Shown: positions 54,364 through 63,294 of the stretch, piece after piece
Layout of the letters: each line of letters starts with the position of its first letter
How positions within the stretch are numbered: the first letter of the stretch is position 1
NCBI GenBank assembly: GCA_036000965.1
Contig: DASYUT010000078.1
Span: forward strand, 8,837 to 72,836
Reading direction: 5' to 3'
DNA: 64,000 nucleotides
DNA from: Actinomycetes bacterium
GTDB lineage: Bacteria > Actinomycetota > CALGFH01
Program-made: the position numbers and the translations under genes
Notes under the pieces: generated by a model
Database searches by the model: none
Told to the model about the DNA's origin: nothing
What the model saw: only the letters and a program-made list of their open reading frames with translations

Positions 54364-54468
54364 AAGCGGAACCCCGCCTGCTCCGCCTGCTGGGCGTAGC
54401 GCACCAGCTCACGCGGGCCGTGCTCCTCGCTGGACAGGAAATAGCCGATCTCCACCATCGCCTCCTCG
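54364..54468 (-). pseudogene. N-terminal ~30-aa remnant of a second LLM/F420-dependent oxidoreductase
   Basis: MVEIGYFLSSEEHGPRELVRYAQQAEQAGF follows GAGGAGG. Family similarity then stops and the frame runs into the neighbouring gene. Confidence 0.4.
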
Positions 54469-54962
54469 CCGTCGCGTCCTGTGCCCGTCCCTGCTACCAC
54501 GGCAGCCCTCCGCCAACCAGGCCTCGCCTGGCCGGCCAAATTTAGGGGTTTACGCCCTGGGGCCTTGGAGTAGACTCGGAGGGTCCGGCCCGAGCCTTGT
54601 CGAGGCGACAGGCCATGACCCGAGGAGACGGTGGTATGGAGACTCCACCCGACCCGCTGGCGGGGCCGCTGCCGTGAGGCGGCTCTGAACTCGATCCCTG
54701 CCCGGCTGTTCCTGCGCAATGTGCGCGGTTCGTGGCGGCTCCAAGCCGACGGGCTGGCCCGACCACGAAGCCTGAACTGGCGGCTGGGCGCTCGGGATGA
54801 TCATCGGCCCCGCCCATCCTAGGGTGGGGCCGATCGGTGTCCGAGGTCCGTTTGCGATTCGGCCCGGGCGGCCCTCCGGCCCGGTGACGGCGGCGCAGGC
54901 AGGGCCGGGCCGGGACCGGGGCCACCGGGCGGTTTGCCGCCGCCCCGGTCGGGCTATTCCAT

Positions 54963-54996
54963 ATGCTGACGATGACGACATGCTGACGATGACGAC
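54963..54996. repeat. 17-bp tandem duplication ATGCTGACGATGACGAC x2
   Basis: Seen directly, ~75 bp upstream of the PRTase start. Confidence 0.9.
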
Positions 54997-55069
54997 GTCA
55001 GGCGGTCCGGCACACCGTCGCCCGACGGCACCGGTCCGTGGGCCGCCAGATTGTGGCTGGAGGCACCCG

Positions 55070-55759
55070 ATGCGCGTGGTGTTCCGCGACCGGGACGAGG
55101 CGGGCGTCGCGCTCGCCTCGATCCTGACACACTTCGCGAGGCGGGACGACGTGGTCGTGCTCGCCCTCCCACGCGGCGGTGTCCCGGTCGGCTGTCAGGT
55201 GGCCAGGTTGCTGGTCGCGCCGCTGGACGTCTTCCTGGTACGCAAGCTCGGCGTCCCCGGTCGGGAGGAGCTCGCCATGGGGGCCATCGCCTCCGGCGGC
55301 GTGCGCGTGCTCAACGAGGGGCTCGTGCGCGCCTACGGCATCCCTGACGTGGCCGTCGAGCGGATCACCGAGGCGGAGCGCCAGGAGCTCGAGCGGCGCG
55401 AGCGCGCCTACCGGGAGGGCCGGCCCCCGCCCGAGGTCGGCGGAAGAGTCGCCATCCTGGTCGACGACGGCCTGGCCACCGGCTCGACGATGCGGGCTGC
55501 GGTGGCCGCGGTCCAGCGCCTCGGGCCCAGCCGGGTCGTGGTCGGCGTGCCCACCTCGCCTGCGTCGACCTGCGACGAGCTGGCACGGGAGGCCGACGAG
55601 GTGGTCTGCGTCAGCACCCCGCCGAGGTTTCGCGCGGTCGGGCTCTCCTACCGGGAGTTCCCTCAGGTCTCCGACGAGGAGGTCCGCCAGCTGCTGCGGC
55701 AGGCACGCCACCCTGGCGGGAACGAGCCCGCCCCGGCCGCCGGCGCCAGCGGCCGCTGA
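55070..55759 (+). CDS. Phosphoribosyltransferase family protein
   Basis: VAILVDDGLATGSTM PRPP-binding motif. ATG 55070 follows TGGAGG. Confidence 0.85.
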   Translation: MRVVFRDRDEAGVALASILTHFARRDDVVVLALPRGGVPVGCQVARLLVAPLDVFLVRKLGVPGREELAMGAIASGGVRVLNEGLVRAYGIPDVAVERITEAERQELERRERAYREGRPPPEVGGRVAILVDDGLATGSTMRAAVAAVQRLGPSRVVVGVPTSPASTCDELAREADEVVCVSTPPRFRAVGLSYREFPQVSDEEVRQLLRQARHPGGNEPAPAAGASGR

Positions 55760-55765
55760 CGTGGC

Positions 55766-55900
55766 TCAGCCCGCCGCCTCGCCCCGCATGCGCTCGATGG
55801 CGCGGCGGAGCAGGCGGGAGACGTGCATCTGGGAGTAGCCGACGCGGGCGGCGATCTCAGTCCTGGCTCAGCGCCTGGAAGTAGCGGAGCAGCACCACCG
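55766..55900 (-). pseudogene. Sigma-70-family factor remnant (region 4 only, frameshifted)
   Basis: VVLLRYFQALSQ, then a 1-nt shift, then EIAARVGYSQMHVSRLLRRAIERMRGEAAG*. No regions 2-3 lie upstream. Confidence 0.6.
55781..55856. repeat. Left arm of a perfect 76-bp inverted repeat (partner at 62362-62437)
   Basis: The reverse complement of 55781-55856 is base-for-base identical to 62362-62437 (checked by hand). Confidence 0.9.
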
Positions 55901-56026
55901 CTGGTGGAGCCGCGCGGGGAAAGCCCCCGGTGGGGCCCGGCCCCGGTCTCCTGGCCTGGGGTCTCTTGGGGCGGTCGCGCTCAGCAAACTCCCAGGAAGG
56001 GCCCAGGCTGGCTCAAGGCGCGGAGC

Positions 56027-56132
56027 CGAGCATGGCGGTGGTGAGGTCGTGGAACGCCGGTGGTGAGGTCGTCGAAACGCCGGTGACGTCGTGGAACGCC
56101 GGTCGTGAGGTCGTGGAACGCCGGTCGTGAGG
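56027..56132. promoter_or_regulatory. Five imperfect ~22-bp direct repeats GGT(G/C)GTGAGGTCGTGGAACGCC upstream of the response regulator
   Basis: Seen directly. The array ends ~70 bp before ATG 56204. Each unit contains the sub-repeat GGTCGTG. Confidence 0.6.
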
Positions 56133-56203
56133 TCGTGGAACAAGGAGCATGCGAGCATGGAGACGATGATCCGACGGTCGCCGCTGCGGTCGGGGAGGTG
56201 CCC

Positions 56204-56929
56204 ATGAGCGAGCCGGTCGCGCCCCTCGGTCAGCGCCAGCAGCCGGAGGCCCGGCTGCTGGTCGTGGAGGACGAGCCCAACATCCTCGAGCTCTTGTCGG
56301 CCAGCCTGCGGCTCGCCGGGTTCGAGGTGGCCACTGCCGCGAACGGCCTGGAGGCGCTCCAGGCCGCGCAGCGGCACCGGCCGGACCTGGTCGTGCTCGA
56401 CGTGATGCTGCCCGACCTCGACGGCTTCGACGTCGCCCGCCGGCTCCGGTCGGGCGACGTGCGGACCCCCGTGCTGTTCCTGACCGCTCGGGACGCCACC
56501 GAGGACAAGGTGACCGGGCTGACGCTGGGCGGCGACGACTACGTCACCAAGCCGTTCAGCCTGGAGGAGGTGATCGCCCGGATCCGGGCGGTGCTGCGTC
56601 GCACCCGGGCCGGCATGCCGTCGCCGTCCCGGTTGCGGGCCGCCGACCTGGAGCTGGACGAGGAGGGCCACGAGGTGTGGCGGGCCGGAAGCCGCGTGCA
56701 GCTGTCGCCGACCGAGTTCAAGCTGCTGCGCTACCTGATGACCAACGTCGGACGGGTCCTGTCCAAGGGGCAGATCCTCGACTACGTGTGGAACTACGAC
56801 TTTCAGGGTGACTCGGGCATCGTCGAGTCGTACGTGTCCTACCTCCGCCGCAAGGTCGACACCGTCGAGCCCAGGCTGATCCACACCATCCGCGGCGTCG
56901 GGTACGTGCTGCGGCTGCCCGACTCGTAG
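56204..56929 (+). CDS. OmpR-family response regulator
   Basis: LLVVEDEPNI..., DLVVLDVMLPDLDG, winged-helix C-terminus ..LSPTEFKLLRYLM.N.GRVLSK.QILD.VW. ATG 56204 follows GGGGAGG. Confidence 0.92.
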   Translation: MSEPVAPLGQRQQPEARLLVVEDEPNILELLSASLRLAGFEVATAANGLEALQAAQRHRPDLVVLDVMLPDLDGFDVARRLRSGDVRTPVLFLTARDATEDKVTGLTLGGDDYVTKPFSLEEVIARIRAVLRRTRAGMPSPSRLRAADLELDEEGHEVWRAGSRVQLSPTEFKLLRYLMTNVGRVLSKGQILDYVWNYDFQGDSGIVESYVSYLRRKVDTVEPRLIHTIRGVGYVLRLPDS

Positions 56930-56932
56930 AGG

Positions 56933-58522
56933 ATGACGCGCGTGCGATGGGGTCCTGTGGGCGGGCTGGCGGCCCGGCCGTGGTCGTCGGGGCGGCGGCT
57001 GCTGGGCCGCACGCCGCTGCGCGTCAAGCTGATCGTCGCCGTGCTGACCTTGGTGACCGTCGCGCTCGTCCTCATCGGCCTGGCCAGCGTCGCGGCGCTG
57101 CGCGGCTCCCTGGTCGGCCGCTTGGACGACCAGCTCGACGGCGTCGCCCGAGACTTCGACCACCCGCCCCCGCCTCGACCCCCGCCCGACCGGGGGGACG
57201 AGCGCCGCGGAGGTCCCACCCCGTACTTGATCCAGTTCCGTGACGCGACCGGCAAGGTCACCAACGAGAGCCTCCCCGACCTGCCGGAAGAGGGTCAGCC
57301 GCCACCCCGGCTGCCCGACGACGCCGCCTGGCTCCAGGCGCACGCCGGCAGGCCCATCACCGTCCCAGCCACCGCGGGTGGGGGGCAGTGGCGCGTCCTT
57401 GTCGTACCACGCAAGGACCGCTCCGGCGGCAGCGTCGCGGTCGCCGCCAGCCTGGACGAGATCGACAGCACCGTCGGGAGCTTGCAGCGCATCGACTTGA
57501 TCGTGAGCCTGGTCGTGCTGGTGGTGCTGGCCGGCGTCGGTGCGGCGATCGTGCGCGCAAGCCTGCGCCCCCTCGTCGAGATCGAGCAGACCGCCGGGGC
57601 CATCGCGGCCGGCGACCTTGCCCGGCGCGTGCCCCACCCCGACTCCCGCACCGAGGTCGGCCGGCTCGGGGAGGCGCTGAACACGATGCTCGCCCAGATC
57701 GAGTCGGCCTTCCGCGCCCGCGCCGCTTCGGAGGGCATGGCCCGCCGGTCGGAGGAGGCCGCCCGCCGGTCGGAGGACCGGATGCGGCGCTTCGTGGCCG
57801 ACGCCAGCCACGAGCTGCGGACCCCGCTCACCACCATCAGGGGCTTCGCCGAGCTGTACCGGCAGGGGGGGTCGCGTGAGCCCGGCGAGCTGGACGGCCT
57901 GATGCGCCGCATCGAGGACCAGGCGGCCCGGATGGGCCTGCTGGTGGAGGATCTGCTGCTCCTCGCCCGACTCGACCAGCAGCGCCCGCTCGACCGGCGC
58001 CCGGTGGACCTGCTCGCTCTTGCCGCCGACGCGGTCCACGACGCCCGGGCCGTCGCGCCCGACCGCCGCGTCGAGCTCGTGCTCGGCGGTGACGGCGCCC
58101 CGGGCGGACCGCTCGTCGTCCTCGGCGACGAGCAACGGCTGCGCCAAGTGATCGCCAACCTGATGAGCAACGCGCTCACCCACACCCCCGCGGGCGGCCC
58201 GGTCGAGGTCCGGGCCGGCACCTGCCTGCTGGAGGGCAGCCCCTGCGCCCTTGTCGAGGTCGTCGACCACGGCCGGGGGCTGACCTCGCAGCAGGCCGAG
58301 CGCGTCTTCGAGCGGTTCTACCGGGCCGACCCGGCCCGGTCGCACGTTGCCGGTGGCGCCGGGCTTGGCCTCTCGATCGTCGCCGCGCTGGTGGCCGCCC
58401 ACGGCGGGAAGGTCGAGGTGGAAAGCGTCCCCGGCCAGGGAGCGAGGTTCCGCGTGCTGCTCCCCTTGGCCCCCGGCGCCCAGGCCCCCGCGGTCGACGA
58501 GCCAGCCGCCACGGCCGGCTGA
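56933..58522 (+). CDS. Sensor histidine kinase (TM-HAMP-HisKA-HATPase_c)
   Basis: H-box FVADASHELRTPLTTIRG, N-box LMSNALTHTP, G-boxes DHGRGL and GGAGLGLSIV. Confidence 0.92.
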   Translation: MTRVRWGPVGGLAARPWSSGRRLLGRTPLRVKLIVAVLTLVTVALVLIGLASVAALRGSLVGRLDDQLDGVARDFDHPPPPRPPPDRGDERRGGPTPYLIQFRDATGKVTNESLPDLPEEGQPPPRLPDDAAWLQAHAGRPITVPATAGGGQWRVLVVPRKDRSGGSVAVAASLDEIDSTVGSLQRIDLIVSLVVLVVLAGVGAAIVRASLRPLVEIEQTAGAIAAGDLARRVPHPDSRTEVGRLGEALNTMLAQIESAFRARAASEGMARRSEEAARRSEDRMRRFVADASHELRTPLTTIRGFAELYRQGGSREPGELDGLMRRIEDQAARMGLLVEDLLLLARLDQQRPLDRRPVDLLALAADAVHDARAVAPDRRVELVLGGDGAPGGPLVVLGDEQRLRQVIANLMSNALTHTPAGGPVEVRAGTCLLEGSPCALVEVVDHGRGLTSQQAERVFERFYRADPARSHVAGGAGLGLSIVAALVAAHGGKVEVESVPGQGARFRVLLPLAPGAQAPAVDEPAATAG

Positions 58523-58609
58523 CGGATCCACGGCATCCCCCCGCGGCGTTCAGCAACCTCCCAGCCAGGACTCACGTGGCCCCAAGGCGCGCCCTCGACC
58601 ATCGAGGCC

Positions 58610-59869
58610 ATGAACCCGGCACCACAGGAGACGCCAGCGGCCATGAGCACCCTGACACTCGTCCACGACACCCGGCAGCGCGCGCACGCCGCCGGTGAGC
58701 CGCCGCGCCCACTGGTCGAGATCGTGGTGCCGGTCCACAACGAGCAGCAGACCCTCGCCGCCAACGTCTCGCGGCTGCACCGCTACCTGTCGGCGAGCTT
58801 CCCGTTCGCCTTCTGGATCACCGTCGCCGACAACGCCAGCACCGACGCCACCTGGCCGCTCGCTCTGCAGCTGGCCGAGCAGCTCCCCAGCGTGCGCGCA
58901 GTCCGCCTCGAGCAGAAAGGGCGGGGCCGGGCGCTGCGCCATGTGTGGAGCACGAGCGACGCCGACGTGGTCGCCTACATGGACGTAGACCTGTCCACCG
59001 GCCTCGAGGCGCTGCTGCCCCTGGTCGCGCCGCTGCTGTCGGGGCACAGCGACCTGGCCATCGGCACCCGGCTCGCCCGCGGCTCGGCGGTGGTGCGCGG
59101 CCCCGAGCGCGAGCTGATCTCCCGCTGCTACAACCTGCTGCTGCGGGCCACGCTGCGGGCGCGCTTCTCCGACGCCCAGTGCGGCTTCAAGGCCGGGCGG
59201 ACGGAGGTGGTCCAGGCGCTGCTGCCGGCGGTCGAGGACCAGGCGTGGTTCTTCGACACCGAGCTGCTGCTGCTGGCCGAGCGCAGCGGGCTGCGCATCC
59301 ACGAGGTGCCGGTCGACTGGGTCGATGACCCCGACAGCCGGGTGGACGTGCTCCAGACCGCCCTTGACGACCTCCGCGGCATGCTGCGGGTCGGGCGCCG
59401 GCTGCTCGATGGCGCGCCCGGTCGCGTGCCGCTCCCGGCCCGCCTCCGGGAGGCCACGCTGCCGGCGGGCATGGCCCGCCAGCTGCCCAGCTTCGCGGCG
59501 ATCGGCGCGGTCTCGACGCTGCTCTACCTCGCGCTCTACTGGCTGCTGCGCACCGGGACCAGCGCCCTCGCGGCCAACGCCCTGGCACTGCTCGCGAGCG
59601 CAGTCGCCAACACCGCCGCCAACCGCCGGTGGACCTTCGGCGTCCTCGGCAGGAGCGCGCGCCTGCGCCACCACCTCGAAGGGCTGGCCGTGTTCGGCCT
59701 GGGCCTGACGCTGACCAGCGGCGCACTCGGGCTGCTCGACCTGGTCGCCGACCACCCGGCCCGCGCGGCCGAGCTGGCCGCGCTGGTCGCCGCCAACGCC
59801 GCCGCCACCCTGCTCCGCTTCGTCCTGCTGCGGTCGTGGGTGTTCCACCCACGCCGCACCCGGGCCTGA
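58610..59869 (+). CDS. Family-2 glycosyltransferase fused to a GtrA-like membrane domain (polyprenol-phosphate sugar synthase-like)
   Basis: VVPVHNEQQTL...VADNASTD...YMDVDLST..., then C-terminal GtrA-like helices ending NRRWTF...LRFVLLRSWVF. Confidence 0.85.
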   Translation: MNPAPQETPAAMSTLTLVHDTRQRAHAAGEPPRPLVEIVVPVHNEQQTLAANVSRLHRYLSASFPFAFWITVADNASTDATWPLALQLAEQLPSVRAVRLEQKGRGRALRHVWSTSDADVVAYMDVDLSTGLEALLPLVAPLLSGHSDLAIGTRLARGSAVVRGPERELISRCYNLLLRATLRARFSDAQCGFKAGRTEVVQALLPAVEDQAWFFDTELLLLAERSGLRIHEVPVDWVDDPDSRVDVLQTALDDLRGMLRVGRRLLDGAPGRVPLPARLREATLPAGMARQLPSFAAIGAVSTLLYLALYWLLRTGTSALAANALALLASAVANTAANRRWTFGVLGRSARLRHHLEGLAVFGLGLTLTSGALGLLDLVADHPARAAELAALVAANAAATLLRFVLLRSWVFHPRRTRA

Positions 59870-59934
59870 CCGCACCCGGGCCTGACCGCACCCGAGCCTG
59901 ACCGCACCCGAGCCCGACCAAGGAGAACGCCACG

Positions 59935-61992
59935 ATGACCACCACGACCCTCGAACGACCCGCGCCGGCCAGGGCGCCCACCAGTCGCGCGGTCCGCCTG
60001 CTCCGGGGCCGGGAGGACGACCCGCGCTGGGTGCGCCCGGGCCTGGTCCTGCTGCTGGCCGCCACCGCGCTGCTCTACCTGTGGGCGCTGAGCGCCTCCG
60101 GCTGGGCCAACACCTTCTACTCGGCGGCCGTCCAGGCCGCGACGAAGAGCTGGAAGGCCTGGTTCTTCGGGTCCTCCGACTCGTCGAACTTCATCACCAT
60201 CGACAAGCCGCCGGCCGCGTTGTGGGTCATGGGGCTGTCGGCCCGCGTCTTCGGCGTCAACTCCTGGAGTATCTTGGCGCCCCAGGCCCTGATGGGCGTG
60301 GCCAGCGTCGGGGCCCTCTACGCCACCGTGCGGCGGTGGTTCTCGCCCGGAGCCGCGCTCATCTCGGGCGCGGTCCTGGCCCTGACCCCGGTCGCGACGC
60401 TGATCTTCCGCTTCAACAACCCTGACGCGCTGCTGGTGCTGCTGCTCGTGCTGAGCGCGTACGCGACCGTGCGGGCGCTGGAGGGCGGCCGCACCCGATG
60501 GCTCGTGCTCGCCGCCACGTTCGTGGGCTTCGGCTTCCTCACCAAGCAGCTGCAGGCGTTCCTGGTGGTGCCGCCCCTCGCGCTCGCCTACCTGGTCGCC
60601 GCCCCGGTGTCGTTGCGGCGCAGGCTCGGCCAGCTCGTCGTGGCCGGGATCGCCCTGGTCGTCTCGGCTGGATGGTGGGTGGCGATCGTGGAGCTGGTGC
60701 CCGCGGCCGACCGGCCCTATGTGGGCGGGTCGCAGACCAACAGCATCCTCGAGCTGACCTTCGGCTACAACGGGCTGGGCCGGCTGACCGGCGACGAGGC
60801 CGGGAGTGTCGGCGGGGGCAGGGGCTGGGGCCAGGCCGGCTGGACCCGGCTGTTCGGGGCCGAGGTGGGCGGCCAGATCGCCTGGTTGCTGCCCGCTGCC
60901 CTGCTCCTGCTCGTCGCCGGGCTGTGGATCACCCGGCAGGCGGCCCGCACCGACCGGCAGCGGGCCGCGTTCCTGCTGTGGGGCGGGTGGCTCCTGGTGA
61001 CCGGGCTGGTGTTCAGCTTCATGCAGGGGATCTTCCACGCCTACTACACCGTGGCCCTGGCGCCGGCGGTGGCGGCGATCGTCGGCATGGGGGCGCCGAC
61101 CCTGTGGCGGCTGCGGGAGCACCTCGCGCCGCGTGCCGTGCTCGCGGCGGCGCTGGCCGCGACCGGCCTGTGGTCGTTCGTCCTCCTGCGTCGGAGCCCC
61201 GACTGGGCTCCATGGCTGTCCCCGCTCGTGGTGGTCGCGGGACTCGGCGTGGCCGCGCTGCTCCTGGCCCTGCCGCAGCGCGGGCGAGCCACGGTGGCGG
61301 TGGCCGCGACCGGCCTGGTCGTGGCCCTGGCCGGGCCGGCGGCGTACGCCCTCGACACTGCGGCGACCCCGCACGGCGGCGCGATCCCCTCGGCCGGTCC
61401 CTCGGTGGCCGGCGGGTTCGGCGGGGGCCCGCGCGGTCGCTTCGGCGGCCCGCCCCCGGGTTTCGGCGGCCAGGCGCAGGGCGGGCCTGGCGGCGGGATC
61501 CCGTTCGGCGGCCAAGGGACGCCCGGCGGTGCGGGCGGCGACGGCGGAGGAGCGCCCGACGGCGGCACGCGCGGCGACGGCAGGACGCGTGGCGGCATGG
61601 GCGGCCTGCTCAACGGCCGCACGCCGAGCGCCGAGCTCGTCCAGCTGCTCCGGCAGGGCAGCGACGGCTACACCTGGGCCGCGGCAACCGTCGGGTCCAA
61701 CTCGGCGGCCGGCATCCAGCTCGCAACCGACGAGCCCGTCATGGCCATCGGCGGGTTCAACGGCTCCGACCCAACGCCCACGCTCGAGCAGTTCCAGCGA
61801 TACGTCGAGGAGGGCAAGATCCACTACTTCGTCGCCGGCAACGAGGGGTTCGGCGGTGCCGCTCAGGGCGGCAGCGACAACGCCCAACAGATCAGCAGCT
61901 GGGTGAAGCAGCGCTTCACCTCCACCACGGTTGGCGGCATGACCGTGTACGACCTCACCGGCCCGGCCGCGTCGTCATCCGGGACGGTCTGA
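59935..61992 (+). CDS. Family-39 glycosyltransferase (ArnT/PMT-like) with a Gly-rich insert
   Basis: ..NTFYSAAVQAATKSWKAWFFGSSDSSNFITIDKPPAALWVMGLS.R.FG.NSW.. is typical of actinobacterial GT39 proteins. Polytopic. AAGGAG RBS. Confidence 0.85.
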   Translation: MTTTTLERPAPARAPTSRAVRLLRGREDDPRWVRPGLVLLLAATALLYLWALSASGWANTFYSAAVQAATKSWKAWFFGSSDSSNFITIDKPPAALWVMGLSARVFGVNSWSILAPQALMGVASVGALYATVRRWFSPGAALISGAVLALTPVATLIFRFNNPDALLVLLLVLSAYATVRALEGGRTRWLVLAATFVGFGFLTKQLQAFLVVPPLALAYLVAAPVSLRRRLGQLVVAGIALVVSAGWWVAIVELVPAADRPYVGGSQTNSILELTFGYNGLGRLTGDEAGSVGGGRGWGQAGWTRLFGAEVGGQIAWLLPAALLLLVAGLWITRQAARTDRQRAAFLLWGGWLLVTGLVFSFMQGIFHAYYTVALAPAVAAIVGMGAPTLWRLREHLAPRAVLAAALAATGLWSFVLLRRSPDWAPWLSPLVVVAGLGVAALLLALPQRGRATVAVAATGLVVALAGPAAYALDTAATPHGGAIPSAGPSVAGGFGGGPRGRFGGPPPGFGGQAQGGPGGGIPFGGQGTPGGAGGDGGGAPDGGTRGDGRTRGGMGGLLNGRTPSAELVQLLRQGSDGYTWAAATVGSNSAAGIQLATDEPVMAIGGFNGSDPTPTLEQFQRYVEEGKIHYFVAGNEGFGGAAQGGSDNAQQISSWVKQRFTSTTVGGMTVYDLTGPAASSSGTV

Positions 61993-62192
61993 GCGGGCCG
62001 CCGGCCGCAGCCCGAGCATATCCGCTCATATGGGGAGGAAGGGTCATCGTCACCAGGCGCTGGACGGGCTGGGACGCGCCTCAAGGGGCAAAAGTTGCGG
62101 ACCCGTGCTGAACTGGAAGGCCTCAGCGTGACGCTCAGCGAAACGCCCGTCCGCCGTGACCCCGTGGACGATCGTCCCCACCGGAGAGTCTC

Positions 62193-62455
62193 GTGCAGGT
62201 ACCTACCCGGTCGATGGACGCTGCCCACGACCACTTCGATGTCCGTCCCGGCGACCAGGCAGCGGTCGACCAGGTCGAGACGTGGTTCCGGGAGTATGCC
62301 CGGTCCTGCGACCCGGCCGTGCGCGAGCGCATCATCGTCGCCTACCTCGGCCTGGCCGACCGATCGCCGCCCGCGTCGGCTACTCCCAGATGCACGTCTC
62401 CCGCCTGCTCCGCCGCGCCATCGAGCGCATGCGGGGCCAGATCCTGGTCGTCTGA
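62193..62455 (+). pseudogene. Sigma-70-family factor relic: region 2.1 fragment joined out of frame to region 4.2
   Basis: ..WFREYARSCDPAVRERIIVAYLGLADR reads in one frame until ~62361. IAARVGYSQMHVSRLLRRAIERMRGQILVV* then follows in another frame. Regions 2.2-4.1 are missing. Confidence 0.6.
62362..62437. repeat. Right arm of the perfect 76-bp inverted repeat (partner at 55781-55856)
   Basis: See the left arm. Confidence 0.9.
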
Positions 62456-62506
62456 CAGCCCGGCCCGGGCCGTTCAGGCGGTGTGCAGGGCGTGCAGGAG
62501 GGCAGC

Positions 62507-63088
62507 TCAGCCGTGCTGGGCCGGGAACGGCGCGGACGCCAGCGTCTGGATGAGCCGGCTCAGCAGGACCCCGCGCAGCTCGGCGTGAGCCGACACCAGC
62601 AGCAGGCTGGCCGCCACCCGGGTGTAGCGGGTGACGGCGGTGATCTCGGCCAGGCTGTAGTCGCTGGGCGTGGCCCGCCAGACGTTCAGCGTGCCGACCG
62701 GCCCGTCCGGCAGGGTGACGGGTGTGGCCAGCACGGCGTGCAGGGGATCCTCCGGCAGCAGGTAGCGCAGGTCGGGCCAGCGCTCGTCGACGCGGACATC
62801 CACGCTCGACACCGGCAGGGCGCAGCGGTAGGCGTCCATCGCCGGGCCGGCCTCCAGCCGCTCCTGGCCGGTCTGAAGCAGCCGCCCGGCGCTGTCGGAC
62901 GCGATCGACGAGCGCAAGGCACCGTCCGGTCCGGCCAGCATGAGCCCGGCCCCGTCCACCGGCAGCAGCATGGCGGCGCAGTCGACCATCGCCTGCAGGC
63001 CGGCCCGCACCTCGCCGTCCAGTGCGGCGTCGGCCTCGCTGAGCATGGTCTGCAGCTCGATGCCTGGCCCTCTGGGGTCGCTGGTCAT
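62507..63088 (-). CDS. GAF domain-containing protein
   Basis: ..LQAMVDCAAMLLPVDGAGLML.......L.S.....A..L...Q..L.EGP..DAY..........D...D.RWP.......GTLNVW.. is a GAF-type pattern as in GAF-ANTAR regulators; the ANTAR part is absent. ATG 63088. Confidence 0.6.
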   Translation of the reverse strand: MTSDPRGPGIELQTMLSEADAALDGEVRAGLQAMVDCAAMLLPVDGAGLMLAGPDGALRSSIASDSAGRLLQTGQERLEAGPAMDAYRCALPVSSVDVRVDERWPDLRYLLPEDPLHAVLATPVTLPDGPVGTLNVWRATPSDYSLAEITAVTRYTRVAASLLLVSAHAELRGVLLSRLIQTLASAPFPAQHG

Positions 63089-63294
63089 GGGTCCCTCACC
63101 CGTGCCGGCAGGCCGGCACATCCAGGTCGCGTCGTCCGCCCCTCTGCGCCCGCCGCGGGCCGGACCCGCCGCCGCGGCTAGCATTCCCGGCCAAGGGCAG
63201 GCGAACCGCCGGCCGGCCGCCCCATCCGGAAGCGGCTCGGGCGCCTTGCCGATCCGGCCGCCGATCCGGGCCGGCGAGCCTCGGGCCCTGCGGG

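Noticed and set aside
55868-58531. 887-aa minus ORF antisense to the two-component genes; also the 783-aa minus ORF at 59536-61887
   Set aside because: Shadow ORFs in GC-rich DNA. The plus-strand genes carry canonical RR/HK/GT motifs.
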